Assembly (NCBI GenBank): GCA_963667845.2
Contig: CAXXVL010000002.1
Span: 3,264,001 to 3,328,000 of the forward strand
DNA length: 64,000 bases
Direction of reading: 5' to 3'
Origin: Smithellaceae bacterium
GTDB taxonomy: Bacteria; Desulfobacterota; Syntrophia; Syntrophales; Smithellaceae
In this document: positions 41,388 to 51,188 of the stretch, piece by piece
Numbering within the stretch: position 1 is the first letter of the stretch
Layout: each line of letters opens with the position of its first letter
The notes under the pieces: generated by a model
Databases searched by the model: none
What the model saw: the letters and a program-made list of their open reading frames with translations, nothing else
Told to the model about the DNA's origin: nothing
Made by a program: the position numbers and the translations under genes

Positions 41388-41494
41388 GACAGAGAATATA
41401 CGTCGCCATGACATCCTGAACGTCCGCATGCCCTCGCGGACAGTCCTGGATATTCGCCATTTCCGGTGGTTCAACAACCTCGGAATGCCGCACC

Positions 41495-41932
41495 TTACTT
41501 CAATTGTCTGGCAACCACGTCGCTCAGGACTTTTTGCGCCGCGGCCAGTTTCTTGTATTTGGATTTGATTTTCGCCAGGTCACCGGCAAGAATGGCCTTC
41601 AGCAAATCACCCTCAATTTCGGCCACATCGATTCTGCGGTAGTAGTCCATCGTTTCCTTCAGATGGGCCAGAACGATCATTCCGGTGATCAGGGGGTGGT
41701 TGTTGGTGACGTTGGCATCTTTGAACCGTGTCCCGTGCTCCAGTTCCACTTCCAAGCCGATGCGGAAATCGTCCAGAGGGATTTTCATCTTTTCCACATT
41801 CACGATTTTGAGAATTTTGGCGGCTTCCTTGACTGAAACAACGTCCGTTTTCCGTTTGGACCAATCGGTCAGACCGGCCTCTTTACAGATGCGTGCTACT
41901 TCTTTTGCAGTCACATATTCCGGCAGTTTCAT
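41495..41932 (-). CDS. DUF5661-like protein
   Basis: GLEVELEHG...NVTNNHP..TGMIVLAHLKE..DYY motif. Confidence 0.7.
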   Translation of the reverse strand: MKLPEYVTAKEVARICKEAGLTDWSKRKTDVVSVKEAAKILKIVNVEKMKIPLDDFRIGLEVELEHGTRFKDANVTNNHPLITGMIVLAHLKETMDYYRRIDVAEIEGDLLKAILAGDLAKIKSKYKKLAAAQKVLSDVVARQLK

Positions 41933-41963
41933 TATGCTCTCCTTTATGGGTTTTATCTGAATT

Positions 41964-42587
41964 TTATATCCACTTTAAAATGCCCGCAAACACGATCAGC
42001 ATCAAGACATCGACCACAAACAGCGCACCGATCACGGCTGTCTGCACTTTCGGTTTCCAGTCGTAGCACAGGAAAGACACCACGAAGAAAGGAATGTACA
42101 CGGTAACAAAGACCGGCAGCGCGCCCCACCAGGAATAAACCCAGTGAAACGCGGGCGTCTTGGCCAGAAAGATTTCAATGATCGAAAACAGGGCCGCATT
42201 GACCACGGCAAAAAAAATGCGGTTGTTAACACCGAATATTTTCATCTTGGGATCGGGAGGAAGGATTTTGGAAACCACCAGACCCGCTATGGAAAACATC
42301 AGACTGAGCTCTATCCCGACACCGACGAGGAGCAGAAACGACGTGCCGGCCGGCACCGTCCAGAGCGCATGTCCGCTTCCATGCTGGATCAGGGCATTCA
42401 CTATCTCATAAAACCAGTGCACGAAGTAAAGCGAAAGTCCGGCGGCGATCCCCTGCCAGTTTTTTTTGCTGATTTCGTTCGTGTAAACATAGATCACCAG
42501 GGCCAGAAGCGCAATGACATACCATTGAAAATTTTCCCCGCTGCGCAGGATGTCGAGCGCCTGCCGGGTTAATTCGGGCTGATTCAT
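41964..42587 (-). CDS. Multi-pass membrane hypothetical protein
   Basis: About 6 hydrophobic segments; start MNQPELT after AGAGGAG. Confidence 0.75.
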   Translation of the reverse strand: MNQPELTRQALDILRSGENFQWYVIALLALVIYVYTNEISKKNWQGIAAGLSLYFVHWFYEIVNALIQHGSGHALWTVPAGTSFLLLVGVGIELSLMFSIAGLVVSKILPPDPKMKIFGVNNRIFFAVVNAALFSIIEIFLAKTPAFHWVYSWWGALPVFVTVYIPFFVVSFLCYDWKPKVQTAVIGALFVVDVLMLIVFAGILKWI

Positions 42588-42830
42588 AAAATCTCCTCTT
42601 GAGGATCGTCTGGATCCGGCGAACTCTCTTCTCCGACTTGGCCTGGCAGGCGAATCGGGCATTCCGACCGTTGCATGCTAACCTGTGATATTCAATAACA
42701 CAAACGGGGGGCAAAGAAAATCAATCATTGTTCAGGCAATAATTAATTTGACAATATCCCCGGGGAATACTATCCAACCGGACATCGATATTTGGGTGAC
42801 AGATAAAATCCATTTTAGAGGAGTGAACAT

Positions 42831-43631
42831 ATGAGTAAAAGATTGGAAAACAAAGTGGCGGTCATCACCGGCGGCACAAGCGGCATCGGTGAAGCAACGG
42901 CCGAGGTCTTCGTATCCGAAGGCGCAAAGGTCATCATCGCGGGACGCTCGGAAGAAAAAGGTGCCGCCATCGCCAAACGCCTGGGGGCCAATGTCGTTTA
43001 TCAAAAGACGGACGTCATGGTGGAAGCGGACATCAAGGCCCTGATCGATCTGGCAGTTTCGCGTTTCGGAAAACTGGACTGCCTGTTTAACAACGCCGGC
43101 GGCCCCGACCGCGGCACGCTGGAGACAGTGACCCCCGAAGATTTTAACTACAGCATGAACCTGCTCCTGGGCGCCGTTGTTTTCGGCATGAAGCATGCGG
43201 CCCCCGTCATGAAGGCGCAGGGCGGCGGCTGCATTATCAACAACTCCAGCGTTGCGGCTATCCGGATGAACCAGGGCGGCTATCTCTACACGGCAGCCAA
43301 AGCGGCGGTCACCCATATTACAAGGTTAGCCGGCACCCAGCTGGGCCCCTTCGGCATCCGGGTCAACAGCATCTCGCCCGGCGCGATCGCCACGCCCATC
43401 TTCTGGGGCGGATCACAGGCAGCCAATAAATTGTCGGACGAGCAAAACGCCCGCAAAATGGAAAAGTTGAAAGCCAGCCTCGCCAAGGCAACACCGTTGC
43501 CCCGCGCCGGCCTGGACAAAGACATCGCCTTCGGTGCGCTTTTCCTGGCGTCCGATGAAGGGAGCTTTGTCAATTGCCATGACCTGGTTGTGGACGGCGG
43601 CAGAACGTCGCTCTTCCGCGAAGGGGCATAA
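42831..43631 (+). CDS. Short-chain dehydrogenase/reductase
   Basis: TGGTSGIG, NNAG, YTAAK, VNSISPG, VDGG. Confidence 0.92.
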   Translation: MSKRLENKVAVITGGTSGIGEATAEVFVSEGAKVIIAGRSEEKGAAIAKRLGANVVYQKTDVMVEADIKALIDLAVSRFGKLDCLFNNAGGPDRGTLETVTPEDFNYSMNLLLGAVVFGMKHAAPVMKAQGGGCIINNSSVAAIRMNQGGYLYTAAKAAVTHITRLAGTQLGPFGIRVNSISPGAIATPIFWGGSQAANKLSDEQNARKMEKLKASLAKATPLPRAGLDKDIAFGALFLASDEGSFVNCHDLVVDGGRTSLFREGA

Positions 43632-43689
43632 GGAGCCGATCACAGATCAAAGCGTCAGGCCGGCCGTGCAAAGGCACCGAGACCCTTCC

Positions 43690-43735
43690 AATAAAAAAAG
43701 CCGGTTCACTAATAAAATGAACCGGCTTTTTTATT
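43690..43735. terminator. Bidirectional rho-independent terminator
   Basis: AATAAAAAAAGCCGGTTCA-loop-TGAACCGGCTTTTTTATT between convergent SDR and HU genes. Confidence 0.85.
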
Positions 43736-43752
43736 CATAATGACAAATAAAT

Positions 43753-44022
43753 TTATTTAACTGCGTCCTTCAAACCCTTGCCTGCTTTGAAAACCGGAAC
43801 CTTCTTGGCGGCGATTTTGATGGCTTCGCCCGTCTGCGGGTTTCTGCCTTTGCGAGCCTTTCTCTTGCTCACGGAGAAGGTGCCGAATCCCACCAATGTT
43901 ACGCTGTCACCCTTTTTGAGGGCTTTCTGGATTGCCGCCAATGTCGCACTAACCGCTGCATCAGCCTCTTTCTTCGTGCATGTTGCCTTTGCTACTTCTT
44001 CGATTAACTCTGCTCTGTTCAT
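43753..44022 (-). CDS. hup: DNA-binding protein HU
   Basis: [34 protein letters not shown]. Confidence 0.95.
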   Translation of the reverse strand: MNRAELIEEVAKATCTKKEADAAVSATLAAIQKALKKGDSVTLVGFGTFSVSKRKARKGRNPQTGEAIKIAAKKVPVFKAGKGLKDAVK

Positions 44023-44126
44023 TGGACACCCCTTTTTAAGTTTTATTTTTGGAAAACAGGTTACTGAAATTAACCCTTATTTAAAAAAAAATCCACCTTT
44101 TTTTTAACAAAATAAAGTGACCGAAA

Positions 44127-45134
44127 TCACCTCAACTTCTGTCTGGACGCGTGTTCCTTATAGTGTTTCGCGCCAAATATCAAATCCTGCTTTTTAATAA
44201 ATACTTCCGTATCGGGCGGCACGGAATGGGTGAGCCAGACGTTGCCGCCGATCACGGACCGGGCGCCGACAATCGTGTCACCGCCCAGGATCGTGGCGTT
44301 TGCGTATATGATGACATCGTCTTCAATCGAGGGATGGCGCTTTTTCGATCTCAATCGCCGGCACTCCGCTTTGGACAAAGAAAGAGCTCCCAGTGTAACC
44401 CCCTGATAGATCCGCACGCGGTCACCGATCGTACAGGTCTCGCCGATAACGACGCCGGTTCCATGGTCAATAAAGAAACTTTCGCCGATATGAGCCCCCG
44501 GATGAATGTCAATGCCGGTGCGGCTGTGAGCGTATTCCGTCATGATCCGCGGCATGAGCGGAATCGACAGGTGATACAGTTCGTGGGCGATCCGGTAAAC
44601 CATAATCGCCCAGATCCCTGGATAACTGAAGATGATCTCGTCATATCCTTTGGCAGCCGGATCGCCGTCAAAGGCGGCACGGATATCGTTCGCCAGCATC
44701 GCGCGCAACCCGGGCAGCTTCCGGAGGAATTCCAGGGACAGCTTATGTCCCAGAGGCTCGCAATGAACACAGGACTGATTGTGACGGATACAGTCATGAC
44801 GGATAGCCAGAATCACCTGTTCCGAGAGGATCTCGTACAAGGCAATCATCTGCTGGCCAAGATAATATTCCAGGTTATTGGAATCCAGTCTTGTGCGGAT
44901 AAAATAGCCCGGATAGAGGATCAGCCCCAGGCGGCGCAGAATATCGATCATCGATTCCCGGGACGGAATCGGTTCGGCGCTGACATGATCGAAACACCCC
45001 TCTTTACTGCATGTGGCGACCAGTTCGTCAACAATGGCGGGCACTTCATCCCGGTAATTTTTCGCCGATTTTATTTCATTTTTACACTTATTCCCGTTTT
45101 TATCGGAACGCTTCATCAGTCTTCTGCCTCTCAT
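44127..45134 (-). CDS. cysE: Serine O-acetyltransferase
   Basis: [40 protein letters not shown]; start may be 45116. Confidence 0.9.
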   Translation of the reverse strand: MRGRRLMKRSDKNGNKCKNEIKSAKNYRDEVPAIVDELVATCSKEGCFDHVSAEPIPSRESMIDILRRLGLILYPGYFIRTRLDSNNLEYYLGQQMIALYEILSEQVILAIRHDCIRHNQSCVHCEPLGHKLSLEFLRKLPGLRAMLANDIRAAFDGDPAAKGYDEIIFSYPGIWAIMVYRIAHELYHLSIPLMPRIMTEYAHSRTGIDIHPGAHIGESFFIDHGTGVVIGETCTIGDRVRIYQGVTLGALSLSKAECRRLRSKKRHPSIEDDVIIYANATILGGDTIVGARSVIGGNVWLTHSVPPDTEVFIKKQDLIFGAKHYKEHASRQKLR

Positions 45135-45270
45135 ATTCCAGAGTCGGAACCGCTATGATGACCGGCCGGTCATTTAAAGCCATTTCCCGATCCAAGTAAA
45201 TGTAAAAGCTGTCAATAGTCCGGAGTGGGGAACGGTCGGGGCCGCTCCCCATATTTGCCTTGTGGCGCTA

Positions 45271-46452
45271 CTACTGCGCATTGCAGGCCTGGGTCGCATT
45301 GTTCCAGAACGGAGACATTCCGCGCAGTCTTTCGATGATCGCGGGCATTTTATCGATGACAAAGTCGACTTCCTCTTCAGTGTTGTTAATGCTCAGGCTG
45401 AAACGGACAGAGCCGTGCGCCATCGTAAAAGGAACCCCCATCGCCCGGAGGACGTGCGACGGCTGCAGCGATCCGGACGTGCAGGCCGACCCGGATGACG
45501 CGCAGATGCCGAGCTCGTTCATCAGAAGGAGGATCGCCTCGCCTTCCACGAATTCAAAGCTGATGTTCGTGGTGTTGGGCAGACGGTTCACAATATCGCC
45601 GTTGACCCGGCTTTGCGGAATTCGCTTTAAAAGTTCGTTTTCCAGCTTGTCACGCAGCCGTTTTACATAAGTATTTTCCTTCTCCATATTTTTTGCCGCC
45701 AGTTCGCAGGCTTTCCCCAATCCGACAATGCTGGGCGTATTCTCGGTTCCGCCGCGCCGTTCTTTTTCCTGGTGCCCGCCTATCAGAAACGGCGAAAACT
45801 TGGTCCCGCGCCGGATATAAAGCACGCCGATGCCTTTCGGGGCATGCAGCTTGTGACCGGAAATGGAGAGCATGTCAATGACGTTGTTCTTCATATTGAT
45901 GGGAATTTTCCCCGTTGCCTGAACAGCATCGGTATGGAACAGAATCCCTTTTTCATGCGCCAGTTTCGCCGCGTCCTGAACCGGGAAAATCACGCCCGTT
46001 TCGTTGTTGCCCCACATCAGGCTGACGATTGCGGTATCCGGCGTCAGACTCTTTTCCAGGTTTTCCAGATCCAGAATCCCGTTTTTATCCACCGGCAGTT
46101 CGGTAATCTTATATCCCTGCGTTCCCAGATGAGAGCAGAGGGTTCGAACAGCCGGATGCTCCACCCGGCTGATCACGATATGTTTTTTATCGGGCCTCGT
46201 CATCAAGGCGGATCGGATCGCGGAATTGTCGCTTTCGGTCCCGCAGCTGGTAAACACGATTTCTTCCGGCAACGAACCCAGCAGTGCCGCCACCTGTTCG
46301 CGCGCCGAGCGGATCCTCTGGCCGACCTGGCCGCCGAAAGTATGCATGCTGGAAGGATTGCCGTAAAGCTCGCGGAAATAAGGCATCATGGCGTCCAGCA
46401 CTTCCTCGGCCACCTGTGTTGTGGCATTGTTATCGAGATAAATGGTTTTCAT
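45271..46452 (-). CDS. nifS: Cysteine desulfurase
   Basis: YLDNNATT, HTDAVQ, SGHK (PLP Lys), SSGSACTS. Confidence 0.95.
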   Translation of the reverse strand: MKTIYLDNNATTQVAEEVLDAMMPYFRELYGNPSSMHTFGGQVGQRIRSAREQVAALLGSLPEEIVFTSCGTESDNSAIRSALMTRPDKKHIVISRVEHPAVRTLCSHLGTQGYKITELPVDKNGILDLENLEKSLTPDTAIVSLMWGNNETGVIFPVQDAAKLAHEKGILFHTDAVQATGKIPINMKNNVIDMLSISGHKLHAPKGIGVLYIRRGTKFSPFLIGGHQEKERRGGTENTPSIVGLGKACELAAKNMEKENTYVKRLRDKLENELLKRIPQSRVNGDIVNRLPNTTNISFEFVEGEAILLLMNELGICASSGSACTSGSLQPSHVLRAMGVPFTMAHGSVRFSLSINNTEEEVDFVIDKMPAIIERLRGMSPFWNNATQACNAQ

Positions 46453-47273
46453 TTGGCGGCCTCCTCAACATTAATATCCGGCGAGACAAGCTCTCTGAGC
46501 CTATGTTCGACAAAATCCTTCAGAGTGATGTTCGATGCCTTGCAGCTCGCACACGCTCCGCGCAGGGCCACAACCACCCGGTTGCCGATGATATCCAGGA
46601 TCTCGATATCCCCGCCGTCCTGTTTCAGTGAAGGCCGGATTTCCCTCTCTATCGTTTCTTCGATCAGCCGGATTTTCTGGAGATTCGTGAGTTTTGGCTT
46701 GCTGCCCGCTTTCGGCTCCGCCTTCACCCGCTCGATGATCTGGGCAATGGCATCCTGACAACCCCCACAGCCGCCGCCGGCCTTGGTATAATTGGTGACA
46801 TCCTCGACGGTGGAGAGGTTGTTCTCCCGGATCGCCTTCTCGATTTCTTTATCCGTCACACCGAAGCATTCACAGATGATTTTTTCGCCGGTCGCCAGTG
46901 CCGGAGCACCCTTGTAATTTTCTACAGCCTTTTCCAGCGCCTGCTTGCCCATCACCGAGCAGTGCATTTTTTCGTCCGGCAGCCCGCCCAGATACTGGGC
47001 AATATCCTGATTGGTGACTTTGAGCGCTTCTTCCAGAGTCATCCCCTTGATAATGTCCGTCAGCGCGGATGACGTCGCAATGGCGCTTGCGCAACCGAAT
47101 GTTTTGAATTTGGCTTCCTTGATGCGTTTGTTTTCATCCAGCTTGAATGTCAGTTTCAACGCATCTCCGCAGGCCAGCGACCCGACTTCTGCCACGCCGT
47201 CCGGATTTTCGATTTCGCCCACATTGTGCGGATTGAGAAAATGCTCTTTGACCTTGTCCGTATATTCCCACAT
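46449..47273 (-). CDS. nifU: Fe-S cluster assembly protein NifU
   Basis: IscU domain (CGD, FGC, HCS), BFD-like CECF..GGGCGGC, Nfu domain (GACASC). Confidence 0.95.
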   Translation of the reverse strand: MWEYTDKVKEHFLNPHNVGEIENPDGVAEVGSLACGDALKLTFKLDENKRIKEAKFKTFGCASAIATSSALTDIIKGMTLEEALKVTNQDIAQYLGGLPDEKMHCSVMGKQALEKAVENYKGAPALATGEKIICECFGVTDKEIEKAIRENNLSTVEDVTNYTKAGGGCGGCQDAIAQIIERVKAEPKAGSKPKLTNLQKIRLIEETIEREIRPSLKQDGGDIEILDIIGNRVVVALRGACASCKASNITLKDFVEHRLRELVSPDINVEEAAK

Positions 47274-47540
47274 AAACACTCCTTAAATCTGCTCTGAATC
47301 AATCTGTTTGCTGTGTCTGTACCGATGCAACTTGAAAAGATAATTAAAATTAATCCTTTTCAATTGCAAGTTTTTTTATAGTGTTTAGTAACTAAACGAT
47401 TTAACGCGGATTTAATTTAGGTCAACATTGCTTACTGTCAATGATGGATTCTCCCTTTATACGAAAAGATGATCCATTTTCATTCATCTTCTTTTAGGGT
47501 AGTCTAAGAGCCGAAACAAACAGGAAAGGAGCTTGAATCT

Positions 47541-47996
47541 ATGATGAAAGGGAAAGCGCTGTTCTTCTATGTTGGCCTGTCTCTGATGATGCCTGCATTG
47601 CTGTGCGCGGAAAGAATGACTGACAACTGGCATTTGACCGGCTATACAAAATATCGTGATGCCGTTTTTGCCGATGCCGCTCGCCTGAGCTCCCCCGCTC
47701 CGGGAATAACGGCCACATGGATTAAGATTGCTCCCTCGAAACGAAGTCAATATCTGGGGTTGATCAACGAATACTTAAGGACGGCTCACAAAGAGGCTAA
47801 GCGATTCAGATCCATAGAAATCCTTTGCGAAATCGATTGCGCAAAACACCTGATCCGCTTTACGAGATTCGTTTATCTGGATAACGACAGAAACACCATC
47901 CATGAAGCCTATGAAACCCGGCCGGTACAATACCTGATTAACGAAGGCAGCATCTGGTACCGGGTGGAAAATGAAGCCTGCTCAAAAAGAAAATGA
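47541..47996 (+). CDS. Exported hypothetical protein (surface-adhesin E-like)
   Basis: Signal peptide; WIKI, EIDC and terminal C pattern. Confidence 0.6.
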   Translation: MMKGKALFFYVGLSLMMPALLCAERMTDNWHLTGYTKYRDAVFADAARLSSPAPGITATWIKIAPSKRSQYLGLINEYLRTAHKEAKRFRSIEILCEIDCAKHLIRFTRFVYLDNDRNTIHEAYETRPVQYLINEGSIWYRVENEACSKRK

Positions 47997-48071
47997 AAAC
48001 GGACTCCCGTATTCGTGTCCTTCGGAGTATGCGATACTCTTCATCGTCAGCCTGGGAATCATCACCGCGTC

Positions 48072-48217
48072 CGTCATACCGGCGAATACCATGAAGGGAA
48101 CGAGTGCCGGTATCTCCGGGTTTGCACCCAGCAGATGACGCCGGTTGAGGGCAATTGCGCCGGGAACCGGTACTGAATTTCTGGATTCCGGGTTGCGCTT
48201 CGCTTTCCCGGAATTAC
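48072..48217. repeat. REP/RPE-like palindromic element between convergent genes
   Basis: CGTCATACCGGCGAA...GCCGGTATC ... CTGGATTCCGGG...CCCGGAATTAC resembles the GTCATTCC..GGAATCCAG / CTGGATTCC..GGAATGAC repeat architecture. Confidence 0.5.
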
Positions 48218-48255
48218 AGAATGGCTCAATATCTTTGTGCTGCCGGTAACAGTGA

Positions 48256-49161
48256 TTATTGATGCTGCAACCCGGCAATGTGCTTCACCTGGGCGCTCAG
48301 GTTGGTCATATACGCAAACCGTTCCTGGAAGATGCCGCCCTTGACGTCGTATTCGGCGTGAGCCATGTCCAGAATCGCCTTTTCTACATCGCCGCCGGCC
48401 GCGTGCAGATAGCTTTCAATGAGCTCGCGGTAGCCGAATGTCTCGGCAAGTGAACGCTGCAGGAAATCCGTCGCATCTTTATCGGTCAGCACCCAGCCGT
48501 GGGCCAGGCATATCAGTTCCGGCTTAAGAGAAATCATTCGTTTCAGGGAGTCGATGTAGTCCCGGTAGGATGACAGAAATTCGACCTGCATCTCGCTGCC
48601 GGTTTCACCCTGCAGCACACCGACGGCCTCGCTGGGAAACAAGGCTTTGATCTCCGGGAAGTAAAAAGCCAGCGAATCCCGCGTGTGCCCCGGCGTCTCA
48701 TACACATGGCAGGTGAGCCCGCCCAGGTCGAATTCATCACCCTCTCTGAGAACAATGTCGGTTGCAAAGGGATGCAGGTTCAGATCTTCGCCGCCGGTAT
48801 TGTACTTTAAGAGTTCGACATGATTGGCGCTGAGCCGGTTCATCATCTCCAGAACCGACGGCTTTTGCAGTAAACCGGCAAGCCGTTCATGAGCTCCGAT
48901 CTTCAAACCGGGAATACGCCGTTTCAAATAATACGCCGAACCGACATGATCGTAATGTGAATGCGTTAAAAAGAGATAATCGAGTCGTTCTGAATTGCAG
49001 AGGATTTCTTCAACTAACGAAAGATAACGGGGCGCCAGAAGATTAATCCCGGCGTCGATCATCAGATTCTTCCTGTCGCCCTGCACAACATAGACCGGGT
49101 ACCAGCTATTCGGAATCGCGGTAATCCGCTCGTGTACCCGCCCTTTTGCCTGCTTCTTCAT
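48256..49161 (-). CDS. MBL-fold metallo-hydrolase
   Basis: IDAG, THSHYDHVG, TPGHT, AHG. Confidence 0.88.
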   Translation of the reverse strand: MKKQAKGRVHERITAIPNSWYPVYVVQGDRKNLMIDAGINLLAPRYLSLVEEILCNSERLDYLFLTHSHYDHVGSAYYLKRRIPGLKIGAHERLAGLLQKPSVLEMMNRLSANHVELLKYNTGGEDLNLHPFATDIVLREGDEFDLGGLTCHVYETPGHTRDSLAFYFPEIKALFPSEAVGVLQGETGSEMQVEFLSSYRDYIDSLKRMISLKPELICLAHGWVLTDKDATDFLQRSLAETFGYRELIESYLHAAGGDVEKAILDMAHAEYDVKGGIFQERFAYMTNLSAQVKHIAGLQHQ

Positions 49162-49260
49162 ACAAACCTTCTTTCCTGTTTATGATTTATCGCGCATCGG
49201 AAAAGCTGACCGAATAAGACCTGACGATTGCTTCCGGGCCAAATTCGCGATGGATGAACA

Positions 49261-50067
49261 TTATCCAACGGAAGACCTGATTCCGGCGATGACATCTTTC
49301 ACTTTCTGGATCAGAGAACTTTTGATACTGACCGTCAAATAGAGCTCTCCGGCTTCTCCTCCCCCGCGGCCGGGCTCTCCCATGCCCTTCAGGCGCAGTT
49401 GCTGTCCTGCCCTCGTGTTCGGGGGAATCGTTACAGACAGCTCCCGGCCCGCCTTTCTATTGAAGTATTGAATCTTTTCGCCAAGGCGGGCCTGGTCGGG
49501 AGAAAGCACGACAATATCCTTCAAATCTCCGCCTTTCTCCGGTAGTTCAATGCCCCATTTCTTTTTTAAGCCATATCGGATCAGTTTTTCCAGAAACCCG
49601 ACAAGCAGCGTGCTTTTTCCGGCGAGCTGGCCGCCGCAGAGGCCGCCCGCAAGGACCCGGCCAAATGTTCCCGGCTGCCGGAATTCAAAGGTGCTGCTGC
49701 CCGTGCCGTATGATTCGCGAAAGATGTCCTCAAAGCTCCGGTAGCCGAAGGCGCGGCTCAGTTCCTCAAATATCTGCTGAATGTCCGAACCCCTGAAGAT
49801 GTCCTGGTCGGAATGCGTCTGCCGGAACTGGCCGTAGGCCGCTGATCCGTACGTCTTTTTGAGTGAGTCATATTCTCTTCTTTTCTGTGGATCGGAAAGC
49901 ACGGCGTAGGACTCGTTGATCGCTTTCATCCGTTCCGCCGCCTCCGGGTTGTTCCGGTTTCTGTCCGGATGGTGCAGAAGCGCCAGTTTGCGGTAGGCGT
50001 CCCGGACCTGCTTGTGAGTGGCGTCATTCGTGATTCCCAGTATGTCATAGTAGTCTTTTTGTTCCAT
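49261..50067 (-). CDS. DnaJ-domain protein (CbpA-like, no zinc finger)
   Basis: DYYDILG, HPD, LSDPQKR.EYD; C-terminal LRLKGMG..GELYL. Confidence 0.88.
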   Translation of the reverse strand: MEQKDYYDILGITNDATHKQVRDAYRKLALLHHPDRNRNNPEAAERMKAINESYAVLSDPQKRREYDSLKKTYGSAAYGQFRQTHSDQDIFRGSDIQQIFEELSRAFGYRSFEDIFRESYGTGSSTFEFRQPGTFGRVLAGGLCGGQLAGKSTLLVGFLEKLIRYGLKKKWGIELPEKGGDLKDIVVLSPDQARLGEKIQYFNRKAGRELSVTIPPNTRAGQQLRLKGMGEPGRGGGEAGELYLTVSIKSSLIQKVKDVIAGIRSSVG

Positions 50068-50496
50068 TGTTTTCCGTTTCCGGGAGGGTCTCAGGCCCAT
50101 CCTGCTTTGTGTCGGCTTCCCTTAAAATCTTTCCGTCCGGCCTGAAGTGAGAAGGCAGTAATGCCGCTTGCGCTAAAAAACCCGCCATTTTTGGTCGTTT
50201 ACTCTTCGCGTGATTGTGCTCGGCAGCGGGAAATTGAACAAATTTTATAGGATACTTTATTTATTTGATATTCTCCGGTTCGATTTTTATTCATACCCTA
50301 AATATACCCAATATTTTTCTCTTTGTTTGTATTGTGTTTTATAGAGTTGGACTATGCTAATTTAAAAATAACAAAAAAACAATTTTTATCATATTTCGCC
50401 CATGATATTGCACGCTAAAGAACAAGTCATTTGCACTCAGACAGATTTTCCAATTCCTGCATTTTAGTTCAGTAACCTGGATATTTCTTCCGTAAA

Positions 50497-50881
50497 TCAT
50501 CTGTATTTTTTGAAACGAACAAAGAGATCGCCGGCGATTTCTGTGATGACATCTTTCAATTTCAATTCTTCGAGCCAGTGAGTGGGTATCCCCGCACTTC
50601 CCTGTATGGCTCCGATGACATTGCCTGTGATTGATCCCCTGCCGTCAGAGTCGTCGCTCTGATTAACGGATAGACAAATACCCTTGCGAAACCCCGTCTG
50701 CAGCCAGAGCGCGGTGAAGCGAAGTCGCGAGAGCCTCCTCGCCAACCCAACCGCCGCCAATCCTTTCAATCACATCAGGACCCGGTTCTTGGTTTTTCTT
50801 CTTCCAGAAGTCTGGCGCGAGTTTGATAACCATGAGCGTTTCTTCAGGCCCCTTGTATTGCCTGAGAATGGGCGCATTCAA
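50497..50881 (-). pseudogene. Frameshifted C-terminal fragment of an ADP-ribosylglycohydrolase
   Basis: GGGWVGEEALA in one frame; NQSDDSDGRGSITGNVIGAIQGSAGIPTHWLEEL in another; N-terminal part missing. Confidence 0.7.
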
Positions 50882-51188
50882 GATGATATTTTGAGGATAT
50901 CGGATTGAAAGAAAGTGACTTTGACAATCTGTGAACTAAAATCTCCACAATGCCTGCTCGCCAACCTGTGATTCGAGAACGCAGGGAACAGCGTCATCAA
51001 AATCTCGATAATGACTTGATTGTATAAATTTCCAATATACTCGCCTGAGATCTCAGCTGTATTTCTGAGCGCGCTATCCTTCTGCCTACGAAATGGAATA
51101 TCCCCCTCAACTTCAATGCAACGCAACATAAAAAACGGGCCGACCTGATGCCGGCCGGCCCTCATCGGTGCCTCTTGTGTCCAGCACT

